Shown here: piece after piece, positions 1-9,883 of the stretch
Layout: each line of letters starts with the position of its first letter
How positions within the stretch are numbered: position 1 is the stretch's first letter
Position numbers and translations under genes: made by a program
The notes under the pieces: generated by a model
Seen by the model: only the letters and a program-made list of their open reading frames with translations
Told to the model about the DNA's origin: nothing
The model's database searches: none
DNA from: an uncultured Nitrospiraceae bacterium
Lineage (GTDB): Bacteria; Nitrospirota; Nitrospiria; Nitrospirales; Nitrospiraceae
Reading direction: 5' to 3'
Length of the DNA stretch: 64,000 nt
Assembly: GCA_963730935.1 (NCBI GenBank)
Contig: CAVSTP010000002.1
Coordinates: 384,001-448,000 of the forward strand

Positions 1-645
1 AATGCCCATGTCTCTGGCGTAGGTCACAGATTTTTGCACGACATCGGAGGCGACTTCGGAAGGCGTCGTCACAACGATCGCGCCCGCCAAATCGGGGATA
101 AAACCGGCGATGACCGGGGGCTTGTCGGCGGCCGCACCCGGTGGCAGGTCAGCCAGCAGATAGTCCAACTCGCCCCACACGACATCCGCAAGAAACTCCC
201 GGATCACGTTCATTTCCATCAAGCCCAACCACACCGGACTGACGTCCATTGGACCCTTCCAACGGACCGGCGAGGCCGCACCCAAAAAGAAGTCCATCGA
301 AGCGACTTTGACGCCGAGAGGTCCGACCGGAGGCACTGCGCCTTCAGGTGTCATCGTCAAGGAACGGCCATGCAGGCCCAGCATGCGGGGAACGCAGGGG
401 CCATTGAGGTCCACATCCAGGAGACCAACACGCGCATGTTGACGCGCCAGGGCGAGAGCGAGGTTGACGGTCGTCATACTTTTCCCGACCCCGCCTTTGC
501 CGCTCATGACGACCAGCTTGTGCTTGATGCCAGCCATACGGGCCTGGACCTGCTTCATCTGTTCGGTAATTTGCGCCACGACCTTGGCGTCGTCGGAATA
601 CTTGAGTTTGCCGAGGATAGATTTCAGATCCTTCTCAATGGCCAT
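1..645 (-). CDS. Mrp/NBP35 (ApbC) Fe-S cluster carrier ATPase, runs off the window edge
   Basis: Not in the ORF track. Manual minus-strand translation from ATG 645: MAIEKDLK...VMSGKGGVGKSMTTVNLA...GLLDVDLNGP...WGELDYLLADLPPG, which are Mrp family motifs. Confidence 0.9.
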   Translation of the reverse strand, partial: MAIEKDLKSILGKLKYSDDAKVVAQITEQMKQVQARMAGIKHKLVVMSGKGGVGKSMTTVNLALALARQHARVGLLDVDLNGPCVPRMLGLHGRSLTMTPEGAVPPVGPLGVKVASMDFFLGAASPVRWKGPMDVSPVWLGLMEMNVIREFLADVVWGELDYLLADLPPGAAADKPPVIAGFIPDLAGAIVVTTPSEVASDVVQKSVTYARDMGI

Positions 646-733
646 TGTGACGTCTTCCAAGGGAGGAAACTATAAGGTTGGTACGGTAACACAGCGGTTT
701 TAAGCCAGTCAAACACAGCGGGTTCAAATCCTG

Positions 734-2572
734 TTAGATGGAGTACTGGAACGTGGGCTTCGCCCCGATCGCTTGCGCGAGGACGCCCCGACGCTTCAGT
801 TCCTCCAGGATGCGTTTGGTCGCCGCATCGAAGTCGGCTGGACCGGAAAAGACGATGTCGGCATTGGCCGGCGGCTCTTCGGGAAGCTTGCTCATATGGA
901 TCGAGATCACCGGCGTAGGATGCACCAGCGTTTTAATGGCCTGCGCCGCTTCGGCATAGGCCAGGCCGAAGGGATTTGTGGTCGATACGACGATCAGGCC
1001 CGTATCGGAGAGCAATCGCGCCACTTCACCATAGCGCCGCGCCATCTCCATGGTCTGGCCGCGCTGGCCTTCTGCCAGATCGGCGTCCAATCCTCTCCGC
1101 AGATTTTCGCCGTCCAACAGATAGGCATGGCGTCCGTCGGCGACCAGCCTCGCTTCCAGCCTCTTCGCCAGAAACGACTTGCCGGTATGCCGCCCGCCCG
1201 TAATGAGCACGATGGCGGACCGATGGCCATATTGCTGCGCCCGTTCCTCGATCCCGACTTCGCCCTTGACCCAGGCAAAATCGCGGCGACGCGCCTCCTC
1301 CCGCAAGATTTCCTGGTCGTCACGGATCATTTCCGTCACGATGCCGCCGCCGGCGATATCGTATTCGTCCACCAGGACAAAGCGGCCGGTGGCTTCGAAC
1401 GAAGAAGAGAGGTCGAACGCGATAGGAGCCTTCGCACGGAGCGTCAGTTCCGCGACTTGGTTGCGGCTGACCGTCTTGCTGCCCTGTTGCTGACTTAAAT
1501 CCATCGTATCGATGATCCGATGGATCACCGCCACTTCACACTCCACCTCCTTCGTAGCGACGCGGAGCAGGTACCTGCTGCCTTCCTCCAACTGCCGTCT
1601 TCCGAGCCAGAACAGATTCGCCTTAAACGCAGTCGAAACGAGCGGCAGCTGTTCCTGGTGAGTGGCAATCTCCCCACGCTCAACAAATATCTGCTCATCG
1701 AGCATAATCCCGACGGATTGGCCCGCCACTGCGGATGTCGGCACCGGTTCGATATTGAAGGCCTCGATCGTCCGGATATTCGCGCGTTTATTGGAGGGAG
1801 AGAACACAAGGTGGTCACCGATTTTGAGCCGTCCCGCCGTGATGCGTCCCGCAAGAATGCGCCTGGCATCGAACTTATAGACGTCTTGAACAGGGAAACG
1901 AAGCGGCTGCTCGGAACGCACCATCTCCTTGTTGAACATGCTGAGGGTATCGAGCACCGTGGGGCCCTGATACCACGCCATCGCCTGGCTGCGATTGGCG
2001 ATGTTGTCGCCCAGTTTTGCACTCACCGGGATAATCCGTTCCGGATTTGCGCCGAACTGCCCGAGAAATTCCCGATATTCTTTCTCGATGCCCTCGAAGA
2101 CATCCTGACGGTACCCGACCAGATCCATCTTGTTCACGACGACCGCGAACTGGCGAACACCAAGAAGGGAGAGCAGATAGCCGTGCTTTTTCGACTGTTC
2201 TTTGACGCCCTCGAGCGCATCGATCAGGAGCAACGCCGCCTCCGCCCGTGCCGCACCGGAGATCATGTTCTTGAGAAACTCCTTGTGGCCGGGCGCATCG
2301 ATGATGATGTACTGGCGGCCCTTCCAGTTGAAGAACGTCCGTGCGGTGTCAATGGTGATGCCTTGTTCCTGTTCTTCGAGAAAGGCATCGAACAAGAACG
2401 CGTATTCGAACTCCTTGCCCTGCTGGCGGCAAATGGCCTGGACCTTTTCCAGCTTGCCGTCCGGCAGCGAGCCCGTGTCGGCATAGAGCCGTCCGAGCAA
2501 GGTGGACTTCCCGTGATCGACGTGACCGACAATCACAATATTGAGATGTTCGGAAGATCTCGCCGTACTCAT
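734..2572 (-). CDS. cysNC: Sulfate adenylyltransferase large subunit fused to an APS-kinase-like domain (CysN/CysC)
   Basis: [14 protein letters not shown] and NKMD GTPase motifs; C-terminal [13 protein letters not shown]-kinase-like domain; start moved to ATG 2572 just after cysD. Confidence 0.93.
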   Translation of the reverse strand: MSTARSSEHLNIVIVGHVDHGKSTLLGRLYADTGSLPDGKLEKVQAICRQQGKEFEYAFLFDAFLEEQEQGITIDTARTFFNWKGRQYIIIDAPGHKEFLKNMISGAARAEAALLLIDALEGVKEQSKKHGYLLSLLGVRQFAVVVNKMDLVGYRQDVFEGIEKEYREFLGQFGANPERIIPVSAKLGDNIANRSQAMAWYQGPTVLDTLSMFNKEMVRSEQPLRFPVQDVYKFDARRILAGRITAGRLKIGDHLVFSPSNKRANIRTIEAFNIEPVPTSAVAGQSVGIMLDEQIFVERGEIATHQEQLPLVSTAFKANLFWLGRRQLEEGSRYLLRVATKEVECEVAVIHRIIDTMDLSQQQGSKTVSRNQVAELTLRAKAPIAFDLSSSFEATGRFVLVDEYDIAGGGIVTEMIRDDQEILREEARRRDFAWVKGEVGIEERAQQYGHRSAIVLITGGRHTGKSFLAKRLEARLVADGRHAYLLDGENLRRGLDADLAEGQRGQTMEMARRYGEVARLLSDTGLIVVSTTNPFGLAYAEAAQAIKTLVHPTPVISIHMSKLPEEPPANADIVFSGPADFDAATKRILEELKRRGVLAQAIGAKPTFQYSI

Positions 2573-2579
2573 CCCGCCG

Positions 2580-3377
2580 CTACATGTATCCATCTTTTCG
2601 CAACAGCTCCATGCCTCGTCCTTCGTCCTGTGCGCGACCAGACCGCTCGGCCACGGTGGTGTGACGCAACTCTTCAATGATGTCGTCGACCGTGCTGGCT
2701 GTCGACTTGATCGGCATCGTACAGGGAGCGCAGCCCAGGCTGCGATAGCGGGTCCCGTCCCCCTTGTTCAGATAGAGGTCGATAAAGGGAATATTCTCGA
2801 GCTTGATGTATTCCCAGATGTTGATCTCGGTCCAATCCAGTAACGGATGGATCCGGATATGGGTGCCCGGAGGAAACGTCGTCTTGAATTGGTCCCACAG
2901 TTCGGGCGGCTGGTCACGAAAATCCCAGTCCCCGTGCTTGTCGCGAGGAGAAAAATACCGCTCCTTTGCCCTCGTGCCTTCTTCATCGGCCCGGACACCC
3001 AAAATGACGCCCGTGTAGCCTTTCTGCTCGAGCAACTGCTTGAGTCCATTGGTCTTAAGCGCGGTGCAGCAGGTGACGCGTCCCAGCGTGTGGTTCATTC
3101 CCGCGGCAAGCGCTTCTTTGTTTTGCCCCACCACCAGATTGAGATGCCATTCCCGAGCAAGACGATCGCGATATTCGATCATCGCCGGGATCTTGTAGCT
3201 CGTGTCCACATGGAGCAGTGGAAACGGCACATGGCCAAAAAATGCCTTGCGCGCGAGCCAGAGCAGCACGGTCGAATCTTTGCCCATGGACCAGAGCATG
3301 GCAAGATTGTCGAAATGCTTATAGGCCTCCCTGAGGATGTACACGCTTTGGTCTTCAAGCTGACGAAGATGTTTCAC
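2580..3377 (-). CDS. cysD: Sulfate adenylyltransferase small subunit
   Basis: [24 protein letters not shown] and RYRSLGC motifs; adjacent to cysN. Confidence 0.95.
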   Translation of the reverse strand: MKHLRQLEDQSVYILREAYKHFDNLAMLWSMGKDSTVLLWLARKAFFGHVPFPLLHVDTSYKIPAMIEYRDRLAREWHLNLVVGQNKEALAAGMNHTLGRVTCCTALKTNGLKQLLEQKGYTGVILGVRADEEGTRAKERYFSPRDKHGDWDFRDQPPELWDQFKTTFPPGTHIRIHPLLDWTEINIWEYIKLENIPFIDLYLNKGDGTRYRSLGCAPCTMPIKSTASTVDDIIEELRHTTVAERSGRAQDEGRGMELLRKDGYM

Positions 3378-3398
3378 AAAAGGCTCCCGATAATCGGC

Positions 3399-4451
3399 TT
3401 AACAGTTGTGGGCGACTGCTACCGGCGTCTGAGTGAGCGCTTCCAGTTTTCTTGCTCCGCTCCCGTCTTCAAGTGCACGACGGGCTAAGGACGTGCACTC
3501 CGCCAATGACGCACCTCTGCCGCCGGCATAGAGCAACAGTCCGGCATTCAGCAGCACCCAGTCGCGTTGTCCGCCGGCCACCTGGTTATGAAGGATGCGT
3601 CGAAGGAGATCAGCCTCTTTCTCGCGCTGCTCCGGCGGATAGCCCGCCATCTCACGCGACGTCCCCATCGACAGTCCGGCATCCTTCGGAGCCAGGGTCA
3701 ATGGTGTAATACGCTCATCGCGAAGTTCTAATACCTTGGTTATCATGGCAATCGACAATTCTGGATCGCCCTCGACGCCCCTGACAACAAGCGCTCTCGG
3801 CAGGCCCAACATTCGAATCGCTTCGGCGGTTTTCTCGAAATGGGGCGGGTGCGTGAGGCCGACCACCTGCGAGGACGCGCGAGCCGGGTTCAGCAGCCTG
3901 GCGATCGGATGAAACACACTGCGGACGCCGAGTTCCTGCCTCATTTCCAGAAACCGGTAGAGGGGAGGATGATAAAGCGCAATGTCCAAGTATGCGAATC
4001 CATGCTTGGCCGCCATGCTCGCAACCGCCTTGGCTTCGAGATCAATCGGAATACCGAGGGTTTTGATGACGGCAGCGTTTCCCGGACGGCCGGGAATGCC
4101 GTCATATCCGTGCATGAGGACGGCTCCGCCCGCAGCAGCGGCGAGGATGGCAGCTCCGGTCAAGGCGTGAAAGGTATCCTGCTTGCCGGCATACGAGGGC
4201 AGATCGACAACCCCCACGTCCGGTGGGATGGGCAAGGGCGCGACGTAGGACCTCGCCGCGGCGGTGAACGAAGCGAGTTCGGTCACGGACTCCATCTTGA
4301 ATCGCATCGCGACGAGAAATGCTCCCACTTGAGTCGCCGTCGCCTCACCTTCGATCAACGCCCGCATCGCCCGCTTGGCCTCATCCCAGGTGAGATCTTT
4401 GGAGGCCTTGGGTCCTTTGGCGATTTTGGCGATGAATTCCTGCATGCCCAT
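3399..4451 (-). CDS. Anthranilate phosphoribosyltransferase-like (TrpD/YbiB-like, glycosyltransferase family 3) protein
   Basis: QVGAFLVAMRFKMES, RQELGVRSVF and RLLNP motifs, but no TrpD GTGGD loop (has PSYAGK); TAATG overlap with the cysH stop. Confidence 0.8.
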   Translation of the reverse strand: MGMQEFIAKIAKGPKASKDLTWDEAKRAMRALIEGEATATQVGAFLVAMRFKMESVTELASFTAAARSYVAPLPIPPDVGVVDLPSYAGKQDTFHALTGAAILAAAAGGAVLMHGYDGIPGRPGNAAVIKTLGIPIDLEAKAVASMAAKHGFAYLDIALYHPPLYRFLEMRQELGVRSVFHPIARLLNPARASSQVVGLTHPPHFEKTAEAIRMLGLPRALVVRGVEGDPELSIAMITKVLELRDERITPLTLAPKDAGLSMGTSREMAGYPPEQREKEADLLRRILHNQVAGGQRDWVLLNAGLLLYAGGRGASLAECTSLARRALEDGSGARKLEALTQTPVAVAHNC

Positions 4452-5155
4452 TATGGTGCCTTGTGAAGCCCGCATTCGGTTTTCTCACGCCCTTGCCACC
4501 GCCCGGACCGAGGATCATCGCCCGGCATGACAGGCTTGGTGCAGTGAGTACAGCCGATGCTAGGGTAGTTTTGATCGTGCAGCGGGTTGTACGGCACTTC
4601 ATAGACCTTGATGTACGTCCATACGTCGGCCCAAGTCCACCGGACGAGCGGATTCACTTTCACCAGCTCAAAGGTGTTGTCCCACTCGATCGGCTTGGCG
4701 GTGGCTCTGGTTGGCGCCTGCTCCCGTCTGATGCCCGTGATCCACGCATCATACCCATCGAGGATACGTCTGAGCGGCTCGACTTTGCGCAGTTGGCAGC
4801 AGCGATCCGGATCGCTGACCCACAGGGCCTCGCCATGCTGCTCCGCCTGCTGTTCCGGTGTCAGCAGCGATTTCACCTCGTGCACTTGGGCGGGCTTCAA
4901 CTCATACCGCTCGATGATGCGGTCACGTGTCGCATACGTCTCTCGAAAGAGAAAATCCGTGTCGAGATAGAATAATCCAACCGAAGAGTCTATCCGGTGC
5001 AGCATATCCAGAAGCACGACATCTTCCGCTCCGAAACTGCACGCGAGGATGATTCGGGGGCGATAGCGCTCGACCGCTGCGGCCAGGATCTCCTGTGGCT
5101 GGCTGCTCTCAAGCGATTCGCTCCATGCCTGAATGTCGCCGATTGATTGCGTCAT
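4451..5155 (-). CDS. cysH: APS/PAPS reductase, Fe-S type
   Basis: SFGAED, LDTDFLF, CC...CTHC, SIGC and ECGLH motifs; start set at ATG 5155. Confidence 0.93.
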   Translation of the reverse strand: MTQSIGDIQAWSESLESSQPQEILAAAVERYRPRIILACSFGAEDVVLLDMLHRIDSSVGLFYLDTDFLFRETYATRDRIIERYELKPAQVHEVKSLLTPEQQAEQHGEALWVSDPDRCCQLRKVEPLRRILDGYDAWITGIRREQAPTRATAKPIEWDNTFELVKVNPLVRWTWADVWTYIKVYEVPYNPLHDQNYPSIGCTHCTKPVMPGDDPRSGRWQGREKTECGLHKAP

Positions 5156-5201
5156 TCGTTCTCTACTCTTCGCGGCACTCGGACACCTCACCCATGCCTG
5201 T

Positions 5202-7673
5202 TTACTCCACTTTTTCGACCAGGATCCGGTAATGCGCAGCTTCCGGTTCCAACGCCTCTTGCAGATGGACCACATGGCCATCATTCTTGAGGCTCATCGG
5301 CACATTCTTGATCGGCTCGCCGGCATCCAGCCAGACTTCCAGCTTTTCACCCGCATCCATCATTTCAAGTTTCAATTTGGTCTTCACGTAGTTGAGCGGG
5401 CACGCCACCCCACGGAGGTCATAGACTGGGGCCCCGGTTGGCACGGTGACGGCCGGCTTGGATTCCATGGCCGCCGGCGTCGCTGGTACGTCCTCTTTCA
5501 CCGCAGCAAGCTTGAGATCCTTCCCAATCTGGTCGGTCGCGGCCCGGCAGGCATCGACGAAGCCTTTTGCAAACGACATTTTCGAGCGGGCGAATTCCGC
5601 ACTCGTATCCTTCGGCCCGAGATCACCGACCTGCTTGCTCAAATCTCGGTAGATCGCCGGCACCACACCTGTCTGAGCAATACGGCGATCGAATTCCGTG
5701 AACGTTTGCGCGTCGCTGGAAGGCTCGAGGCCTTCCGTCACCAATAAGGCTTTAGCGGCGGCGAGGACGGCGCGGTAGGACTTGTTCACGGATACGGCAT
5801 ACTGGTGATTATCCGTCAACAATTTGGCCTGATACAATTCCTGGTCGGCTTCCAAGATGCCGTTTTCGATCATTTCAAGCGCACCTCCGGCGCATTCGCC
5901 AGGTCCGAGATCCTCGAGGACAAACTCCTCATCCGCTTCCCAGTCGTAGTAGAAGGTCGGATCGTCGGCAAAAGCCGGAACCAACGTATAGGGGATCAGC
6001 TCATCCTTCAGCGCGATCTTGCCGACTCGATCGATGAATGCCGGCAATCCCTCTCCAGATTTCCGGTCACGGCGATAGACGTTGATCAAGTGCGTGATGG
6101 CGGCCGACACGGCTTTTGCCGGCAGCTTCACCGTCATCTGCCCGATCTTGGCCGTGCCGTTGACGTTGCCACCCAAATGCAACTCATAGAAGGGCGCCGT
6201 ATGTTCCCCGATTCGTTTACCGACGCCGTGGAGGCCGATCGTCGCAATGTGGTGCTGTGCACAAGAATTGTGGCAGCCGCTGATCTTTACGCTGACGTCC
6301 TTCAGATCATCCGGGACACGGCCGGCCGGGAACACTTCCGCGAGCGCCCTGGCGAGTCCTTTGGACGACGTGATGCCAAGGCCGCAGGTATCTGTCCCCG
6401 GGCAGGCAATAATGTCCTCGACCAGTTCAGCACCCGGATCGGACAGACCTTGCGACACCAGATCTTGATAGAGCTCCTCAAGGCGGGCTTCGGGAACCCA
6501 TCGGATGACCATGTTCTGATTGATGGTGGTTCGGAGATTGCCGTTTGAATACCGATCCGCCAGATCGGCGAGGTGCAGCATTTGGCCGGCGGTCACATCC
6601 CCCATGAAGAGCTTCACGGCCGCCGTGGCATAGCCGGCTTGCTTTTGAGGGACAACGTTGGTTCGCTTCCACATCGCGAACGGCGTTTCCTGCCCGTGCC
6701 CATTGAATGAGCCGTTGGTGGTGGTTGGCTTCATGCCGCTCGATGCCGGCATAATCAACGGCAGAGGTTCATCGTTGTGCTCCAACAACTTGATCGCCTG
6801 CGAGTTCGGCCTAGCATTTCCCATGGACACATAGGTTTCTTCCCAGCGACGCTTGAATTCCGCAAAACCCAGCTTTTCGATGACGAACTTCATGCGGGCC
6901 TTATTGCGGTTTTTCCGGTTGCCCAGTTGGTCGAAGACTTTAATCACGGCTTCGATGCTCGGAATCAATTCATCGATCGGCGTGAACTCCCGCAAGACCT
7001 GCGCGATGCGGGGAGCAGAACCCAGGCCTCCCCCTGCGACCATGCGGAAACCGAGTGTGCCGTCCGCCGATTTCACCGCCAGCAACCCGATATCGTGAAT
7101 CGGCGTGAGTGCGCAGTCCTGCCGGCAACCGGAAAATGCGATCTTGAATTTGCGCGGCAGGCTTTGATTGAGGGGATTCCGCAATAGATGATAGGCCACC
7201 GTCTTGGCATATGGTGTAATGTCGAACACCTCTCCCTGACACACGCCAGCCAAATGGCACCCCGTGACGTTCCGGACGGTGTTGGCGCAGGCTTCACGTG
7301 TCGTCAGACCTACTTCGGCCAGTCCTCGCATGATGGCTGGGACATCCTTCAATTCGGCGAAATGGAGTTGGATGTCTTGTCTGGTCGTCACATGACCAAC
7401 GCCGGTGGTATACCGCTCTGAAAGCTCGGCAATGCGTCGCAACTGGTTGGCCGTAATCCCGCCGAATGGAATTTTAATCCGCACCATCTGTACGCCCGTC
7501 TGGCGCTGACCGTAAATGCCATACTGAAGACGGAAGGGTTTAAAGAGATCGCCGACAATCTCTCCGGACAACATGCGCTTGGCCTCTTGCTCAAAGGTTT
7601 CGATCTCCTCGAGAATGCCCGGAGGAATTGGCTGTGTCTGGATGTGGGTACGGCTGGTAGTGAGCTGGCTCAT
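5202..7673 (-). CDS. Ferredoxin-type siroheme sulfite/nitrite reductase fused to HEPN-like and C-terminal TusA/SirA domains
   Basis: TTRQDIQ, LPRKFKIAFSGC, CPGTDTC and SGCHNSC siroheme/4Fe-4S motifs; C-terminal DLRGVACPLNYVK TusA motif. Confidence 0.9.
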   Translation of the reverse strand: MSQLTTSRTHIQTQPIPPGILEEIETFEQEAKRMLSGEIVGDLFKPFRLQYGIYGQRQTGVQMVRIKIPFGGITANQLRRIAELSERYTTGVGHVTTRQDIQLHFAELKDVPAIMRGLAEVGLTTREACANTVRNVTGCHLAGVCQGEVFDITPYAKTVAYHLLRNPLNQSLPRKFKIAFSGCRQDCALTPIHDIGLLAVKSADGTLGFRMVAGGGLGSAPRIAQVLREFTPIDELIPSIEAVIKVFDQLGNRKNRNKARMKFVIEKLGFAEFKRRWEETYVSMGNARPNSQAIKLLEHNDEPLPLIMPASSGMKPTTTNGSFNGHGQETPFAMWKRTNVVPQKQAGYATAAVKLFMGDVTAGQMLHLADLADRYSNGNLRTTINQNMVIRWVPEARLEELYQDLVSQGLSDPGAELVEDIIACPGTDTCGLGITSSKGLARALAEVFPAGRVPDDLKDVSVKISGCHNSCAQHHIATIGLHGVGKRIGEHTAPFYELHLGGNVNGTAKIGQMTVKLPAKAVSAAITHLINVYRRDRKSGEGLPAFIDRVGKIALKDELIPYTLVPAFADDPTFYYDWEADEEFVLEDLGPGECAGGALEMIENGILEADQELYQAKLLTDNHQYAVSVNKSYRAVLAAAKALLVTEGLEPSSDAQTFTEFDRRIAQTGVVPAIYRDLSKQVGDLGPKDTSAEFARSKMSFAKGFVDACRAATDQIGKDLKLAAVKEDVPATPAAMESKPAVTVPTGAPVYDLRGVACPLNYVKTKLKLEMMDAGEKLEVWLDAGEPIKNVPMSLKNDGHVVHLQEALEPEAAHYRILVEKVE

Positions 7674-7683
7674 ATAGCAAACC

Positions 7684-8127
7684 TCAAATGTGATACATCG
7701 GACTTCGTTGTTGTTCGATTTGACGCTGCTCCCCGGCTAATTCTTCGACAGTGATGCCCTCGAGCACATGACGCTCGGCCTCATGGACACGGTCCCAGAC
7801 TTTGGTCAGTAAGGTCCCCGACGGAGTCGTGCGGTGGGCTCCCCCGTTCATCTCGGTCATGCGAAGAACAGGCCCCTCCAGCGCCTCCAGAATCTCCGCC
7901 ACCGAGACATCAGATGGTTTCTTCGAAAGAACGTATCCGCCTTGGGCCCCTCGTTGGCTGGACACCAAGCCGGCTTTCTTCATGGCATGGAGCACTTGCT
8001 CGAGGAATCTCGCCGGTATTCCTTGTCGTCTGGCGATGGACTTAGCCTGAATAGGTGCAGCCCCTCCCTGCATGGCGAGATCCACGGCAGCCATGATTCC
8101 ATAAGTAGATCGAAGAGATACCCTCAT
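7684..8127 (-). CDS. Rrf2 family transcriptional regulator (CymR-like)
   Basis: FLEQVLHAMKKAGLVSSQRGAQGGY; no Fe-S cysteines; C-terminal MYHI; heads the cys operon. Confidence 0.9.
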   Translation of the reverse strand: MRVSLRSTYGIMAAVDLAMQGGAAPIQAKSIARRQGIPARFLEQVLHAMKKAGLVSSQRGAQGGYVLSKKPSDVSVAEILEALEGPVLRMTEMNGGAHRTTPSGTLLTKVWDRVHEAERHVLEGITVEELAGEQRQIEQQRSPMYHI

Positions 8128-8135
8128 ACCACACT

Positions 8136-8191
8136 ATTCCGGTCGGAATTATGAAATGTTATTTATACATGTTCGATTCCTCCTGTGTCAA
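8136..8191 (-). promoter_or_regulatory. Sigma70-type promoter of the cys operon plus candidate Rrf2 operator
   Basis: Minus strand TTGACA (8191-8186), 18 nt, TATAAA (8167-8162); inverted repeat ATTCCG-N2-CGGAAT at 8136-8149. Confidence 0.55.
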
Positions 8192-8562
8192 GGGTCCTAA
8201 CCTCTATCACCCTCCCTATCCGCTCAATCCCTAATCCGTTCAAACAAAGGGCCAGAAAATATCGTGCACTCAATGGTGAGCGAGGTGAGCATGACGCAAT
8301 TAATCACCAGCTCACCAGCATGGTCGGCGTGACACATTCGTCTTGATCACGGCATGCGTCGGCCTCTCACGATGAAGTCTGATGGATTGCATGCAGTGAA
8401 CGCGGCGGCATCATCGAATGGAGGAGTCAGCGTCACGAACTGATGGCATCGAACATGACCTAACTCATCGCGTGCAAAAATCTTCAGCGGCGGAAATTTC
8501 TTCGTTGACATCAAAATGGCTCTGGGCAATAATCCGGCCCTCTTCTGCTGGGTGATGCTTTC

Positions 8563-9144
8563 ATGACGCTCTCTTCTTCGGTCTTCAGTATTCTGCTGCT
8601 CAGCGGCGATTCAGAGATTCAAACACAGTTCAGACAAGCGTTCAAAGACGCGAGCATGACGACGGCCAAAGATGCGGCAACATTGCCGCGAGAGGCCGCG
8701 AGGCGTTCCTTTGACGCAATCATTGTGGAATCGAAGCCTGGCATGCAGAACGGGTCGATCGGCCTACCTCATCACGTCGATCCCTCCAGAACGCTCCTCA
8801 TTACTGGATCTAAACCCGTGCTGAGACGCGCTTCCAAATTTATGCAGTCTATTGCGCGCGCGAAGACCACCGCCGGTGCGGCAGCGCCTTTGAGTCTCGA
8901 AGACTACGTGGAATGGAAAATGGGAGATTTTGTCAAAGGTATGCGGAATGGATCCGGACGCAATCTTCACCCTATGCTGATTTCTGCCATTGAACGACCA
9001 CTCATTACGAAGGCTCTGCAGGAAACCAAAGGTAATCAGATTCAGGCGGCTGAGTTGCTCGGCTTGAACCGAAATACGCTGAGAAAGAAAATCCACGATC
9101 TGCACATTCCAGTGAAGCGTGGCGGACGGGTCCGTGAGGGCTAG
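8563..9144 (+). CDS. Fis-family HTH protein with a degenerate receiver-like N-terminus
   Basis: C-terminal ERPLITKALQETKGNQIQAAELLGLNRNTLRKKI is a Fis/NtrC HTH. Confidence 0.8.
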   Translation: MTLSSSVFSILLLSGDSEIQTQFRQAFKDASMTTAKDAATLPREAARRSFDAIIVESKPGMQNGSIGLPHHVDPSRTLLITGSKPVLRRASKFMQSIARAKTTAGAAAPLSLEDYVEWKMGDFVKGMRNGSGRNLHPMLISAIERPLITKALQETKGNQIQAAELLGLNRNTLRKKIHDLHIPVKRGGRVREG

Positions 9145-9234
9145 CGGTTCACCAACTCAATACACGCAGGCGTGAAAGCCTGCAAGGCAGCAAGGGGGCG
9201 AGGCGGTTTTTTAACCTAAAGCGAGGAGGGAACG

Positions 9235-9507
9235 ATGACCAAAGAAGAATTGATTGCGAAGATGGCCGCATCCGCCGGCATCACGAAGGTGGCTGCGGGG
9301 AATGCCCTGCATGCCTTTACCGGTGCGGTCACCTCATCCTTGAAGAAGGGACAGCGTGTGTCCCTCGTGAACTTCGGCACCTTCACCATTTCGAAGCGCA
9401 AGGCACGGATGGGTAGAAACCCCCGGACCGGCGAGAGCCTTAAGATTCCGGCGGCCAAGGTACCGAAATTCTCCGCAGGAAAGGTCCTGAAGTCGGCGGT
9501 CCGCTAA
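9235..9507 (+). CDS. hup: DNA-binding protein HU
   Basis: MTKEELI...FGTF...ARMGRNPRTGE...PKFSAGK; GAGGAGG RBS. Confidence 0.95.
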   Translation: MTKEELIAKMAASAGITKVAAGNALHAFTGAVTSSLKKGQRVSLVNFGTFTISKRKARMGRNPRTGESLKIPAAKVPKFSAGKVLKSAVR

Positions 9508-9544
9508 GCATCCGGCATCGAGCCTGACGAGCCGGGGTTTTTCG

Positions 9545-9593
9545 AAAAAAGAGAAGGCAGCGTGCTCACTTACGGGTGCGCTCCCTTCTCTTT
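9545..9593 (+). terminator. Probable intrinsic terminator after hup, possibly bidirectional
   Basis: AAAGAGAAGG...CCTTCTCTTT stem with A-run and T-run flanks. Confidence 0.55.
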
Positions 9594-9645
9594 GCATTTC
9601 TTGACACCTTGGGCGGGGCTATATTAGCATGCGCGCTCGGACGAT

Positions 9646-9720
9646 AGGCGCGTAGCTCAGGGGGAGAGCGCTACCTTGACACGGTAGAGGTCGACGGTTC
9701 AAGACCGTCCGCGCCTACCA
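9646..9720 (+). tRNA. tRNA-Val(GAC)
   Basis: Cloverleaf with AGGCGCG/CGCGCCT acceptor, CTACC-TTGACAC-GGTAG anticodon arm, GGTTCAAG and encoded CCA; TTGACA promoter element at 9601. Confidence 0.97.
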
Positions 9721-9883
9721 TCTTGCCGAGGGCATCCGAACCGTGACCGCGGTCGGGGTGCCTTTTCCATTTTTGCATCCTGTTGAGATGCAGGACTTTT
9801 CCCGCCTTCTGGGGTCTCCGGTCTGATCCGAGCTTCTTAGAAGGCGCTGTCCGTGTGTCCGCCGAAAAGATAGAGAGACGTTT

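Noticed and set aside
34..675. 213-aa plus-strand ORF
   Set aside because: Antisense shadow of the Mrp/ApbC gene on the minus strand
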